A stretch of DNA of 64,000 nt from Terriglobia bacterium (GTDB lineage Bacteria > Acidobacteriota > Terriglobia > Versatilivoradales > Versatilivoraceae). The stretch spans positions 56,220 to 120,219 of the forward strand of contig JAXLQK010000013.1 in the NCBI GenBank assembly GCA_046331665.1, written 5' to 3'. This document shows, piece after piece, positions 29,393 to 38,986 of this stretch. Under the pieces are notes generated by a model. It saw nothing but the letters and a program-made list of their open reading frames with translations, searched no databases and was not told the DNA's origin. Positions within the stretch are counted from its first letter, which is position 1, and each line of letters opens with the position of its first letter. Position numbers and translations under genes: made by a program.

Positions 29393-29555
29393 GACTCCAT
29401 CCTCCTTAAACTAACAGATTCATTTAAACTGGATCTAACCAGAACGTGGTAGCGGCTCGGCAATCCCTGCCGTGCAGCCCTCGACCGAGCACCTTCCGAG
29501 TCCATCCCTGCCTGCATCAAGATGGCGCAAACAACAAACCCCACCTTAAGACGGA

Positions 29556-30008
29556 TCAGGCACTCGCATCCAGGGCCGTGAGGGCGTTCAGCCGCGACTG
29601 ATACGACCGGCTCAGGATCTGCTTCAGCAGTGGATTTCCAATTTCCGTCTGGTCAATCCGCTCCTGAATCTCCTCCAGCTCCTCCACTGACTTGGCCTGC
29701 TGAATCACCTGCTTAAAATAGCTGAGATCACCGATCGTCATGATCTCTTGACTTTCTTCATCTTCGATAATGGCCAAATGCCCACTCGGCAAAATCGAAC
29801 GGATTTTCTGGTACAATTTTTCACGATATTCGAGATTGCTCTCGCCGAATTCAGAATGAAACCATTCTGCCGTGAGAGTATTCGTACCGCACTGGATATT
29901 CAACTCCGTATAATTTTGCGGTTCGGCTTCGGAAGCATCCAGAATCATCTCCTCAAGATCATCGATCACCGATGAATTTGAGAATGCTGTAACGATTGTG
30001 ACTTTCAT
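29556..30008 (-). CDS. Hypothetical acidic protein (150 aa)
   Basis: Clean ORF with no recognisable motifs. It is divergent from the PilZ-like gene. Confidence 0.45.
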   Translation of the reverse strand: MKVTIVTAFSNSSVIDDLEEMILDASEAEPQNYTELNIQCGTNTLTAEWFHSEFGESNLEYREKLYQKIRSILPSGHLAIIEDEESQEIMTIGDLSYFKQVIQQAKSVEELEEIQERIDQTEIGNPLLKQILSRSYQSRLNALTALDASA

Positions 30009-30209
30009 AGACTCCCACCCAGCAGACTATAGCTGACTTAAGATTCAAACTACCAAATGACTGACTGGAATTATAAGAAGATTCATTGAAGCATGGCAAA
30101 CTTTTTTGATCAAACGCCGAAGCACAGTTTGCCTTGAGCTTCAGCAATGAATCTTCTAAAATCCTGCTTCGCTTGATTTCAGATCCCGAAACAAAGCTGG
30201 AAGCGCGCC

Positions 30210-30545
30210 ATGAAAAAAAACGCGCCCTCACGTGGAGGGCAGGCTTCGAGAACGTCAAAGCGGGTTCACTTGAAGATTCGGTTTCGACTCAGTGGGAGAG
30301 ATCAGTTTGGAAACCAGTTTGAGGATTTTGTCGAGACCAAAGACATTGGAACAAGCGGGGGAAGCCTTTACATCAAGCGCGAAGTGCGGGTGGGCTCGAC
30401 ACTCAAGCTGATCGGGCCCAAAGGGTTCGTCGCGCTAATCCGGGCGGTCTGGAGCAAGACTGAAGGAAAAGGATCACGCCGGCTGCTGGGGTTCCAATTG
30501 CTTGAGCCCCGTGAAGATTGGATCCTTCAATTTCAAACCCGTTAG
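30210..30545 (+). CDS. PilZ-like domain protein
   Basis: 111-aa ORF with RTSKR (RxxxR) followed ~25 aa later by DIGTSGGSLYI, a near-canonical (D/N)xSxxG motif. Confidence 0.5.
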   Translation: MKKNAPSRGGQASRTSKRVHLKIRFRLSGRDQFGNQFEDFVETKDIGTSGGSLYIKREVRVGSTLKLIGPKGFVALIRAVWSKTEGKGSRRLLGFQLLEPREDWILQFQTR

Positions 30546-30556
30546 GAGCCGATGCC

Positions 30557-31231
30557 TTGAAAATCAAATGGCTGGGCCACGCCACATTCCTGATTGAAGG
30601 GGACAACCTGAGGATCGTCACCGATCCTTATACCCCCAGCATTCTGGGGCTTCCTGAGGTACAGGACGCAGCGGATATTGTCATTCGCAGTTCTGCCGAC
30701 GATGAGGGACACTGTAACGCGGCCATGATCCGGGGAGAGCCCGTCGTCATTACCGCCACGGAGATTCCAGCCGAAGGAGTTCAGGTCAAAGGGATTCAAA
30801 TCCTGGCCATCCCGGCCCAAGAGAGCCTGATCTACAAGGAAGATCCCGGTGACAATGCAATGTATCGATTCACTCTGGAAGGTCTGCGCATCTCCCATCT
30901 CGGAGACGTGGGAAATAAGCTCTCGGAGGATCAGATCAAAGCCTTGTCGGGGACGGACGTTCTTCTGGCCCCTGCCGGAGGTCCGCCCACCATCGACCTG
31001 GACGATTTATGCGAGGCCATCGAAGTCATTCAACCCCGCGTGGTGATCCCCATGCACTACATGCTGCCCGGTCTCAAGGTGAAGATGCTTCCGATCACGG
31101 CATTCACCTCGCATTTTCCCGCCAGTCAAGTGGATTGGAGTTCAGGCTCCGAATTAGAGCTATCGCGAGCGAATCTCCCCGGAGACTTGCGCATTCGGAT
31201 CCTCAACCCGGAGATCCTCGCCAGCCATTAG
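30557..31231 (+). CDS. Metallo-beta-lactamase-fold hydrolase (UPF0173-like)
   Basis: A TTG start at 30557 with AGGAG upstream gives (M)KIKWLGHATFLIEGDNLRIVTDPY. The ORF-track start at 30518 is also possible. Confidence 0.8.
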   Translation: MKIKWLGHATFLIEGDNLRIVTDPYTPSILGLPEVQDAADIVIRSSADDEGHCNAAMIRGEPVVITATEIPAEGVQVKGIQILAIPAQESLIYKEDPGDNAMYRFTLEGLRISHLGDVGNKLSEDQIKALSGTDVLLAPAGGPPTIDLDDLCEAIEVIQPRVVIPMHYMLPGLKVKMLPITAFTSHFPASQVDWSSGSELELSRANLPGDLRIRILNPEILASH

Positions 31232-31266
31232 CCCAAGTCGTCCCCACGGAGTTGGCTCGTCTTCCC

Positions 31267-31536
31267 TTACCCGGAGATTCTTGGGCCAAACTCAGTCTCA
31301 ATTTCTTTCAGAATCGCCTCAAGGACTTCTGACGAAGTTCCAGGCCGTTCCATCTTGGCCGACCAATGCCACTCATTTAGATAGGCCTCCTCGCCGACGA
31401 GACCCTCGGCCATCGCGACGCGATCGATCGCTTGCTGAAACGATTCGGGAAGAGGCCGCGAAATGGCTTTGCGGCCTTCGAAGACTTTGATCTGCGCGGG
31501 GATTTCACGCCAATACAGAATTTGGTACTGGGCCAT
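31267..31536 (-). CDS. Small conserved protein of the kind commonly linked to methyl-THF:corrinoid methyltransferases ('virulence factor' family-like)
   Basis: 89-aa ORF: MAQYQILYWREIPAQIKVFEG... It is the last gene of the corrinoid operon. Confidence 0.55.
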   Translation of the reverse strand: MAQYQILYWREIPAQIKVFEGRKAISRPLPESFQQAIDRVAMAEGLVGEEAYLNEWHWSAKMERPGTSSEVLEAILKEIETEFGPRISG

Positions 31537-31590
31537 CGCTGGTTCCTTTCGGGGGGCACGTTTCGAGCGGACGCTCCACCTGAAGAGGGG

Positions 31591-32652
31591 TTAGCTCGCT
31601 CCAACGCCGGTTTGCAATTCCTTGTTTCGATACGCCCGCAGAAACTTCCGGCAACCAGGGTCTCGGCCGAGCAACATATCTGCCGCAAGCTGGTAGCTTC
31701 GTGATTCGCGGTCCATGGCCATCACTTGATCGACACGAGCGGCGGCAGGATCGATAATCCCGCTGTCGGCGCCGGCTTCCATGGCCAGAAGCAGAAAGAC
31801 GTTGTTTACCAAGCGCCGCATGGGAATTCCGAAAGACACGTTGCTTAAGCCGCCCGTAATATGAATTTCAGGCCCATATTTCTGGCGAATCGTTCGAACC
31901 GCTTCAAGATAGTGATTCCCGAAGTCGCCATCGACCGAGATCGGAAAGACCAAAGCGTCCACATAAAGATCATGGAGAGGAATGCCTTTCGCCAGGGCCG
32001 CTTCAATAATCCGTGACGCATTGGCAACCCGCTCGTCCTGATCTTTCGGCATGCCGCTCTCACCCGCGGCCGACACCACGGCCTGGGCTCCATTCTCAAC
32101 CACAAAGTCGAGGGCATTGATTCGCTCCAGGGAAGCTGAATTCAATAACGGCCTTCCCACGCTCTTCGGGCAGACTTGCAACCCCGCCTGGATCGTGTCC
32201 GAATTCGAGGAATCCACGGAAAGGGGCACGGACGAGATGGCCCCCGCAGTCTTGACCAGCCAGACCATGGCTTCTTTTTGCTGCTCGGGGCGCAAGGACA
32301 CCTCGTCGACGTTCAAATCAATAAAATGGGCCCCCGCTTCAATTTGTTGCCGTACCTTCTGGTGTAAATATTCCAAGCCGAGCGCGGATTCCGGGCCTCG
32401 ACCTGACATCGCGGCCTGAACGGCAATCTTGATATGCTTGATTCGGCCTTCCTGGTAATCCTGAGTCTTCTTGTACTCCTCCGGAACGGGAAGGTGGCGG
32501 ACACCGCCATCAGCTCCCTGAAATCGAATCGCTTCCTTTCCTTCCTCCGTCGTCGTTATTGACGTTCCCCCACGGAGAAGAATACGGGTCGCATGAATAT
32601 TTTCCCCGATGACGATAAATTCCCTTTCTAAGGATGGCCTTTGCATTGGCAT
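31591..32652 (-). CDS. Pterin-binding methyltetrahydrofolate:corrinoid methyltransferase (MeTr/AcsE/CmuB-like)
   Basis: 353-aa ORF with a dihydropteroate-synthase-like TIM barrel (VIGENIHAT...FIDLNVDE...LSVDSS...). Confidence 0.8.
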   Translation of the reverse strand: MPMQRPSLEREFIVIGENIHATRILLRGGTSITTTEEGKEAIRFQGADGGVRHLPVPEEYKKTQDYQEGRIKHIKIAVQAAMSGRGPESALGLEYLHQKVRQQIEAGAHFIDLNVDEVSLRPEQQKEAMVWLVKTAGAISSVPLSVDSSNSDTIQAGLQVCPKSVGRPLLNSASLERINALDFVVENGAQAVVSAAGESGMPKDQDERVANASRIIEAALAKGIPLHDLYVDALVFPISVDGDFGNHYLEAVRTIRQKYGPEIHITGGLSNVSFGIPMRRLVNNVFLLLAMEAGADSGIIDPAAARVDQVMAMDRESRSYQLAADMLLGRDPGCRKFLRAYRNKELQTGVGAS

Positions 32653-32710
32653 TCTCCCGTTATATGATTTTTAAGTGCTTGCTTCTCCACTGCGGTGGGG
32701 AAAGAATTCT

Positions 32711-33132
32711 TCAAGATTTCCCGCCGCTATGGTCCTTCCCGAGAAATTTATTCATCCAGCCGCTCGTTCCTTTCAATGCGGCATTCTTGATCACGACAGG
32801 ACGCTTCAACATTGTCTCTTCTTCGCCATACGCCTTGAGCCGCTCATAGGCCAGCGCCCAAATACATTCTTTCTCCCCGATTTCACATTTGCCCCGTCAT
32901 TGACCCACCACAGGGTCCATTCCTCTCGTTTTTGGCACATTGAGATTCCGGGCAAAGATAGGCGATTTCGAGGGAGCGAACAATCACCGCAATCCCGGCA
33001 GTCAAAGGTCGCCACCTTGATCCCGTATTCCAGCGCGGCCGCCGCCTTCCGCAGCCTCCCCGTTTTCTCGGTAAGCGGCTGATCGCCCTCCCACCTTAAA
33101 GCCCTGAGACTCTTCAACGAAGACCTTGTCAT
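32711..33132 (-). pseudogene. MTHFR C-terminal-domain-like Cys-rich partner (MetV-like), split by two 1-nt insertions
   Basis: Three frames join as ...FDCRDCGDCSLP / EIAYLCPESQCAKNERNGPCGGSMT / GKCEIGEKECIWALAYERLKAYGEEETMLKRP...GGKS*. The shifts lie near 32968-32975 and at the C-run 32892-32895. Length is 422 nt (420 plus 2). The ATG overlaps the metF-like stop (ATGA). Confidence 0.7.
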
Positions 33133-34286
33133 GTGTCCAGCGGTTCATCTTGTAACTCCAGGGGGCCTGCTGCCGCAGGTTCGCCCAAGGACTCGGGAGT
33201 CTTGGATTGGAGATAAGCCCGGTTAATGTCTGTCGAACTCAGACCCGTCTCGGGATCCGGCTCAAAATAGTAAAATTCATCGGGCTGATGAAATTGAATC
33301 TCCTTGGCGAAAAGTTTCCAATCGCTCTCACCAAATTGTTTGACGATTTCGAGCAGTTTTTCAAAGTCCTCATAGTTCCAGTGCCCGCCCAAATAGACCC
33401 CCCGGAATCCCAGCCCCTTGGCGATGGCACATTGTTTCGCCGCAAATTCCAGGAGAAATGCCTTACCCTTGTCGGGAGACTGAGCCTGTTTTTCAATCAT
33501 CGCTAATAACTCATCCGTCACGACACAACCCGGAATTTTGTCGGCATGAAAGTAGCGTGCAACGGGCAGACTTAGCACGAAAACATTCGCCAGCATGGGA
33601 ACGCGCAACTTGTAAAGATCCATGTACTTCAGGAGCTCGTCATGCTTCCTGGAGTCATATCCAATCTGGGTGATCACGAAGCGAGCCCCGCATTCGATCT
33701 TCTTGGCGAGCTTGAAGTACTGAGGCATCACTTCACGCTCATAGCGCTTGTGATTATTCACCACGGCTCCCAGGAAGAACTGCGTTCCTTCCATCTTTCG
33801 AGTCTCGCCGTTGGGAAGACTCAATTCCAACCCGGCATTCATGTCGGAATACATTCTCAACAAAGCAACCGAATCGATGTCAAAAACAGCGCCGGCCAAT
33901 CCTTGATAGCCGTCGGTGGGGAAATCTCCCGACAGGGCAAGGATATTATTAAAGCCCTCGCTGGACAGCTGCCATCCCCGGCTTTGGAGGGCATTCCGGT
34001 TCCAGTCCTTGCAGGAGAGGTGAATGATGACTTCCTGGCCGCGCGAGATCAGATCGGTGCCAAAGGCATCCGCCCCGATCATGGCGTTGCCCCCAGGGTT
34101 GTCGGTAATACTCAAGGCATGCACTTGAGGGTGGGAAGAAAGTTGTCGCGCCAGATGCAGCACTTTCCGACCATTGCGACCGGTCATCAACCCTCGCGAG
34201 GTGACCAGTTCTGCAACGGTAATAAAATCGTCCGTTTCTTCCAGCAGTTCACGCAGGGGTCTCTTCGGCCATTCGCCAGGTCGCAT
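33129..34286 (-). CDS. metF: Methylenetetrahydrofolate reductase (MetF-type)
   Basis: From ATG at 34286: MRPGEWPKRPLRELLEE...ITDNPGG...IIHLSCKDWNRNALQS...ILALSGDFP. Confidence 0.8.
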   Translation of the reverse strand: MRPGEWPKRPLRELLEETDDFITVAELVTSRGLMTGRNGRKVLHLARQLSSHPQVHALSITDNPGGNAMIGADAFGTDLISRGQEVIIHLSCKDWNRNALQSRGWQLSSEGFNNILALSGDFPTDGYQGLAGAVFDIDSVALLRMYSDMNAGLELSLPNGETRKMEGTQFFLGAVVNNHKRYEREVMPQYFKLAKKIECGARFVITQIGYDSRKHDELLKYMDLYKLRVPMLANVFVLSLPVARYFHADKIPGCVVTDELLAMIEKQAQSPDKGKAFLLEFAAKQCAIAKGLGFRGVYLGGHWNYEDFEKLLEIVKQFGESDWKLFAKEIQFHQPDEFYYFEPDPETGLSSTDINRAYLQSKTPESLGEPAAAGPLELQDEPLDT

Positions 34287-34287
34287 C

Positions 34288-35937
34288 TTAGGAATCCCTC
34301 CCAGGGACCGCCAATGAGACAATGTCCTGAGGCATTGGTTTGAATTGGCAGCCCTCCACAAAAAGTTCAAAAAAATCCGGGGTGGTTTCGAGTTCCACGT
34401 GGGTGATATTCTGGAACAACTTCTGAATGGAGTCACGCCGCGGTTTGGAAACCAGATACTCCCAGGCTCCAAGAACCGAGGCATTTCCAATTTTCACCAC
34501 CCGCTCCGGGGGAACGGGCGCCAGAAAGCCAATCTCCATGGCATGGCAGACATCAATATAATTGGCGAAACCTCCCGCCAGGTAAAGTTTCTGCAGATTT
34601 GCGGGATTGAGGCCAAATTCCCGCAAGACGATGTACTGCCCGCAATAATTGGCGGCCTTGGCCTGCGCCAGGTAACTGGCATCCTCTCGTGAGAAGGTAA
34701 TGCCATATTCGGGCGCCACCTCCAAGACATAACGTTTGTCTGAAAAGACTCCCTTCGGGGTCATCAGACCGCGGGAGCGCAGGACCGCGAGCAGGTCAAT
34801 CAATCCGGACCCACATATCCCCTCCGGGGCAGTGTCTCCAATGGTGCGATACATCAACCGTTCCGACTCCCAGGAAAAACTTTCGATGGCTCCTTCGCGC
34901 CCCGGCATTCCGAACTTGACGGCTCCTCCCTCAAAGGCCGGGCCCGCAGGACAGGATGCCACAAACATTCGTCCCGCATGCCCAACCACGACTTCCGTAT
35001 TGGTCCCGATGTCGACGATCATCACCACGCCTTGCTGGGAATCCATGTCCACGGCCAGCAGATCAGCCACGGTGTCCGCCCCTACGTGACTGGCAATGAG
35101 CGGCATGCCGACCAGGCGGCCTTGGGGGCAGATCTGCACTCCGAGCCGGGTCGCCTTCTCGAGCAAGGCTGTGCTTGAACGTTTCCCCTCGAGGAATTCC
35201 AATTCAATCACGGATTTGTAAGGCTTCTGCCCAATACTTTGAATGTCAATGTCAAAGAACAAATCTCGCATGGTGGAATTGCCGGCCACCACGATCTCAT
35301 AAATCTCCTCGCGGTTCAGGCCTGTTCTCAGGCACATTTCGCGAATCTCATGATTCAGCGCATGAATGATCGCTTTGTGTAATTCACCGTGAAAGGGTCC
35401 GCCATCGTAGGAAATCCGGTGCATGATATCGCTTCCCCCAAACCGTTGGGGGTTGTCAAAAGCACTCAAACAGAGGGAGGAGCCCGTCTCCAGGTCGACC
35501 AGCTCGCAGACCACGGTGGTGGTGCCCAGATCCACGGCAATCCCCAGAAGATGGCCCCGGTAGCGATCGATCGGCACATCCCCATAATAGACCTGATCGC
35601 CCCGGCGCAATACCTGGGGATCGACCGGAACGGTTTTCTCCGGGCGCGCGGTGAGGATCTTGGAGTGCTTCCGCCAGGGTGCAAAATCGATGACAGAAGA
35701 TGCGCTCTCGATTTTCGCCTGGCAGGCCAGCCGGCAGGGGTTCTTCAGGAAGGATTCAGCAGGGGTTGGGGAATTCAGGGCCGCTTGGCCATCCAGAATC
35801 TCGATGATGCACTCGTGACAGGTTCCCTTGCGTCCACAGGTGCTGGGCAAGGACAGCGTCAGCGCATCGGCACATTCAAAGAGAGACTGACCGGGTCGGC
35901 CGAAAACCGATTTCCCTTCACAGGAGATGGTCGCCAT
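34288..35937 (-). CDS. Corrinoid reductive activator (RACo-type: 2Fe-2S ferredoxin plus ASKHA ATPase)
   Basis: From ATG at 35937: MATISCEGKS...CGRKGTCHEC (plant-type 2Fe-2S), then DLGTTTV and DIGTNTE actin-fold phosphate motifs. The ORF track extends the start to 36021. Confidence 0.8.
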   Translation of the reverse strand: MATISCEGKSVFGRPGQSLFECADALTLSLPSTCGRKGTCHECIIEILDGQAALNSPTPAESFLKNPCRLACQAKIESASSVIDFAPWRKHSKILTARPEKTVPVDPQVLRRGDQVYYGDVPIDRYRGHLLGIAVDLGTTTVVCELVDLETGSSLCLSAFDNPQRFGGSDIMHRISYDGGPFHGELHKAIIHALNHEIREMCLRTGLNREEIYEIVVAGNSTMRDLFFDIDIQSIGQKPYKSVIELEFLEGKRSSTALLEKATRLGVQICPQGRLVGMPLIASHVGADTVADLLAVDMDSQQGVVMIVDIGTNTEVVVGHAGRMFVASCPAGPAFEGGAVKFGMPGREGAIESFSWESERLMYRTIGDTAPEGICGSGLIDLLAVLRSRGLMTPKGVFSDKRYVLEVAPEYGITFSREDASYLAQAKAANYCGQYIVLREFGLNPANLQKLYLAGGFANYIDVCHAMEIGFLAPVPPERVVKIGNASVLGAWEYLVSKPRRDSIQKLFQNITHVELETTPDFFELFVEGCQFKPMPQDIVSLAVPGRDS

Positions 35938-36004
35938 TTTGGAAAACTCAAGGTCGTAAGCGGCGTTTTTTGATTCGAAAGACGGGTCATTCCCAACGGC
36001 TTGG

Positions 36005-36244
36005 TTAGGTCTCCCAGGCACTGCGGTAATCTAATTGATCGTCCCCGGCACAGATGGGCAGGCTGCCCGGCTCCAAGGGCTTCCTCTTGTTTCGGCATCC
36101 GAATTCCGCCGTACACTGATTGAGACGATTCTTGTAGGGACAGCGGGACTTGGCAAGATCGTCGGCGTGCAACACCATACTGGTAAAGATCTCGGTCAGG
36201 AGGTCCAAACGTTTTTGATATTCTGCAGGATCTATTTTTTGCAT
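36005..36244 (-). CDS. Small Cys-rich hypothetical protein (79 aa)
   Basis: Its ATG lies 3 nt after the corrinoid-protein stop (tight coupling). Five Cys residues and no recognisable family. Confidence 0.4.
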   Translation of the reverse strand: MQKIDPAEYQKRLDLLTEIFTSMVLHADDLAKSRCPYKNRLNQCTAEFGCRNKRKPLEPGSLPICAGDDQLDYRSAWET

Positions 36245-36247
36245 CGT

Positions 36248-37015
36248 CTATGAATGGCTGACGCTCGCTTCGGCACCGAGCATCAACTGCTTTGCCAACG
36301 TGACACAGGCCACCGCATCTTTGCCGTACCCATCCGCCCCCATATCATCCGCAAATTCCTGGGTCACCGGGGCTCCGCCCACCATGATCTTTATCTCATC
36401 TCGAAGTCCGGCATCAATGAAAGCCTCGATCGTCTTCCCCATATTGGGCATGGTGGTCGTCAACAACGCAGACATGCCCAGCAGTGGAGCATGATGCTCT
36501 TCTACCGCTTCGATGAACCGGTCCGGCGAAGTGTCTACTCCCAGGTCATGAACTACAAAACCGGCTCCTCTCAACATCATAATACAAAGATTCTTTCCAA
36601 TGTCGTGGAGATCTCCTTTAACGGTCCCCATAATGACGGTCCCTACTGGCTCAATCCCGGAAGCGGACAGAATGGGCTCGATATGGATCATGCCTGCCTT
36701 CATCGCCCGGGCACAGGCCAATACCTCAGGGACATAAATGAAGTTCTGCCGGAACTTAATTCCGACAATCGACATCCCCGCAATCAATCCGTTGTCCATG
36801 ACATCCAACGCCCCAAAGCCTTTATCCAGAGCCTGACGGGTCAGCTGGTCCACCAGCTTATTGTCGCCTTCAATCAAGGCTGCGGCGATAGTCTGCAGTT
36901 CCGCATGCGCCCCGGCAAAGAGTTGAATGATGCGTGCCCGTTCGTCCGGCCGTTCAATAAACTCCTCAATTTCTGTTCGAATAAACTCATTTTGAATATC
37001 CGTGACTTCAGCCAT
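36248..37015 (-). CDS. Cobalamin-binding corrinoid protein (MtaC/MtbC/MtvC-like)
   Basis: 255-aa ORF with a B12-binding helical cap plus a Rossmann domain carrying the DxHxxG motif (KGDLHDIGKN). Confidence 0.85.
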   Translation of the reverse strand: MAEVTDIQNEFIRTEIEEFIERPDERARIIQLFAGAHAELQTIAAALIEGDNKLVDQLTRQALDKGFGALDVMDNGLIAGMSIVGIKFRQNFIYVPEVLACARAMKAGMIHIEPILSASGIEPVGTVIMGTVKGDLHDIGKNLCIMMLRGAGFVVHDLGVDTSPDRFIEAVEEHHAPLLGMSALLTTTMPNMGKTIEAFIDAGLRDEIKIMVGGAPVTQEFADDMGADGYGKDAVACVTLAKQLMLGAEASVSHS

Positions 37016-37098
37016 GGTGACCTCATTTTATTCTATCGGGAATAGGCAATCGCGATGCCCTGGGGAAAAGAGCCGCCTGGAATGCTCTCTTCAGGCAC

Positions 37099-38172
37099 TC
37101 AGGGATGGGCGCCCGGCGCCGAAAGACCCGAGTGCTCCCGGTGCCAGTCGCGTATGGCCCTGGGAATTTCTTTCAGATTCTCAATCGCCGTCTGCAACGG
37201 GATGGCACATTCGGGTCCAACCAACGGCACCCCTGCATCCAAGTTCCTGTAGACCTCGCGCCGGACCTCCTCGGGCCCTTTGGAAAACAAAGTTTCAGGA
37301 TTGTTGATATTTCCGACGAGCGAAATGCGATGGTGCACAATCTCCATCGACTCTTTCGGATCATTCTTCGAATCAAAATGAAAGGCGGCCATTCCCGTCT
37401 GGGCAATGTATTCCATGCGGTCTACGGTCTTCCCACAGATATGCAGAATAATGGGGGCGGGCAGGCGCTGGGCAAACTCAATATGAAGATCGCGCAGATA
37501 TCTTGCGTAATACTCCCCGCTGACCAAATCCCCCGTGGCATGATCGGGCAAGGTTAAAGCGTCGGCCCCTGCTTCGATTTGGGCCAGGCCGAAGGCAACA
37601 GTAATCTCTTTAAGTTTGTCGAGGATGATTTTGGTTTTTCCTGGATTATCCAGAGACAACAGGAGGAAGGGCTCAACCCCAAAACAGTGATAGGCCAAAG
37701 ACCATGGGCCCATTGTTTTCCCGATGATCGCCACATCATTTCCTAATTCCTTCCGGAGCAGTTTGATGGCTTGCGTCACACACTGCATGTCGGGATGCTT
37801 CAGCAGATTGTCGGGAATCTTGATATCATCCGCGTCCACCCAAATGGGCTCACGCATTTTCACCGTAGGCCAGTTATCTTTCTGCTCCCATTGAATCTTG
37901 CATCCCAGGGCGGAGGATTCCTGAATAATGCTGAAGACTGGCATGACGCTGTCGAACCCCAACTCAGTGTGTCCCGTAGCGGCCAGACGCGCCATTTTCT
38001 CCGGAATCCGGTTGGCGTCCGGGAAGGGGGCGTCCACCAAATCCATCAATTCGACCGTGGCCACCGACGTGGGGTTGCATACCGGTGTCCGGTCAACGGG
38101 CTCGCGACGTAAGGCGGCAAGAACGCGTTGGCGTCCGGTCATGGGAGGAATCGTCCGATTCGGGCTATCCAT
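37099..38172 (-). CDS. Uroporphyrinogen-decarboxylase-family methyltransferase (MtaA/CmuA/MtvB-like)
   Basis: 357-aa ORF with the URO-D fold N-terminus (RQRVLAALRREPVDRTPV). It sits immediately upstream of the corrinoid protein. Confidence 0.75.
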   Translation of the reverse strand: MDSPNRTIPPMTGRQRVLAALRREPVDRTPVCNPTSVATVELMDLVDAPFPDANRIPEKMARLAATGHTELGFDSVMPVFSIIQESSALGCKIQWEQKDNWPTVKMREPIWVDADDIKIPDNLLKHPDMQCVTQAIKLLRKELGNDVAIIGKTMGPWSLAYHCFGVEPFLLLSLDNPGKTKIILDKLKEITVAFGLAQIEAGADALTLPDHATGDLVSGEYYARYLRDLHIEFAQRLPAPIILHICGKTVDRMEYIAQTGMAAFHFDSKNDPKESMEIVHHRISLVGNINNPETLFSKGPEEVRREVYRNLDAGVPLVGPECAIPLQTAIENLKEIPRAIRDWHREHSGLSAPGAHP

Positions 38173-38215
38173 CCTTTTCTCCTTTCTTCACAGGCTCCCC
38201 GCAAGGTGACGTCTT

Positions 38216-38872
38216 TCAGGGGTTCATCGATTGATTCTGCGCGCTGGGAGCGGCAAGAATTCCTCTTGAGGCGGCGAGCTCCTGCTCCCGCATGACAGCC
38301 CGGACGTTCAAGGCCCTGCCGAGCAAGAGACCCAGCACGGGATCATGCCGTTGATGACAAGGAAACGACAATTGACCCAAACCAGTTCCTTCCATTTGAA
38401 CCTCCGAGAGTTTGACCAGCCCTTGGGCAATTGCCGCAATCCGGGCCGATTTCTCCGGATCGTCCGGACCGTCGGCCTGGACTTGATAGCTTCCCTCCGG
38501 ACCTGAGACCACTCGAATGGCACGATTCGATTTCTTGTCAAAAATCTGCAGATCTTTGGGGGTCAGAGCCGCTCCATTGGGGAATTTACAGACTTCCAAG
38601 AACAAGCGCCGGCAGGCCTTGAGATGTTCTCCGCCACAGGAAAAACGCAGGCGCCTGTTTCCACCTTGGAGAAACTCCATGCCGCCCAGCACTACCATTC
38701 CCTGGCTGATGAAATCCAATCGTGCTTTGGCCTCGGTCCGCTGACTATAGGTATGGACAAGGTATTCCGGGCCCCGGCCGTGATCCTGCAGATAGAGTCC
38801 GATGGTGATATCAACGCAGTGAGGGTCCATTGAAATGAGTTCGACGCGCTTGCCAATGGGTGGCGTCATCAT
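38216..38872 (-). CDS. Hypothetical protein (218 aa), first gene of the corrinoid operon
   Basis: Clean ORF that I could not assign to any family by eye. Confidence 0.5.
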   Translation of the reverse strand: MMTPPIGKRVELISMDPHCVDITIGLYLQDHGRGPEYLVHTYSQRTEAKARLDFISQGMVVLGGMEFLQGGNRRLRFSCGGEHLKACRRLFLEVCKFPNGAALTPKDLQIFDKKSNRAIRVVSGPEGSYQVQADGPDDPEKSARIAAIAQGLVKLSEVQMEGTGLGQLSFPCHQRHDPVLGLLLGRALNVRAVMREQELAASRGILAAPSAQNQSMNP

Positions 38873-38961
38873 GGTCTTCCTACCTCCAGATCCATCGGCC
38901 TTCCTTCCTCCCCCAAATTGCTTGACCCGTGACAGGGGATTCCGTTAGGCTGTCCTTGACT

Positions 38962-38986
38962 TCTCAGGTTGTCAGACAACCTGAGA
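38962..38986. promoter_or_regulatory. Perfect 12-1-12 palindrome, candidate GntR/FadR operator
   Basis: TCTCAGGTTGTC-A-GACAACCTGAGA. The core TTGTCAGACAA fits the GntR-family TnGTnnnACnA rule. It lies in the divergent spacer between the regulator gene and the corrinoid operon, right after a TTGACT hexamer (38956-38961). Confidence 0.55.

Noticed and set aside
29393-29555. Possible lysine (L-box) riboswitch upstream of lysW
   Set aside because: A nested GC-rich stem is present, but I could not align the conserved L-box junction sequences. It is kept only as a note inside the LysW finding.
33642-34343. 233-aa ORF on the plus strand
   Set aside because: It is antisense to the MetF-type MTHFR gene and has no motifs.
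36254-37045. 263-aa ORF on the plus strand
   Set aside because: It is antisense to the cobalamin-binding protein gene, where the DxHxxG motif sits on the minus strand. It is spurious.
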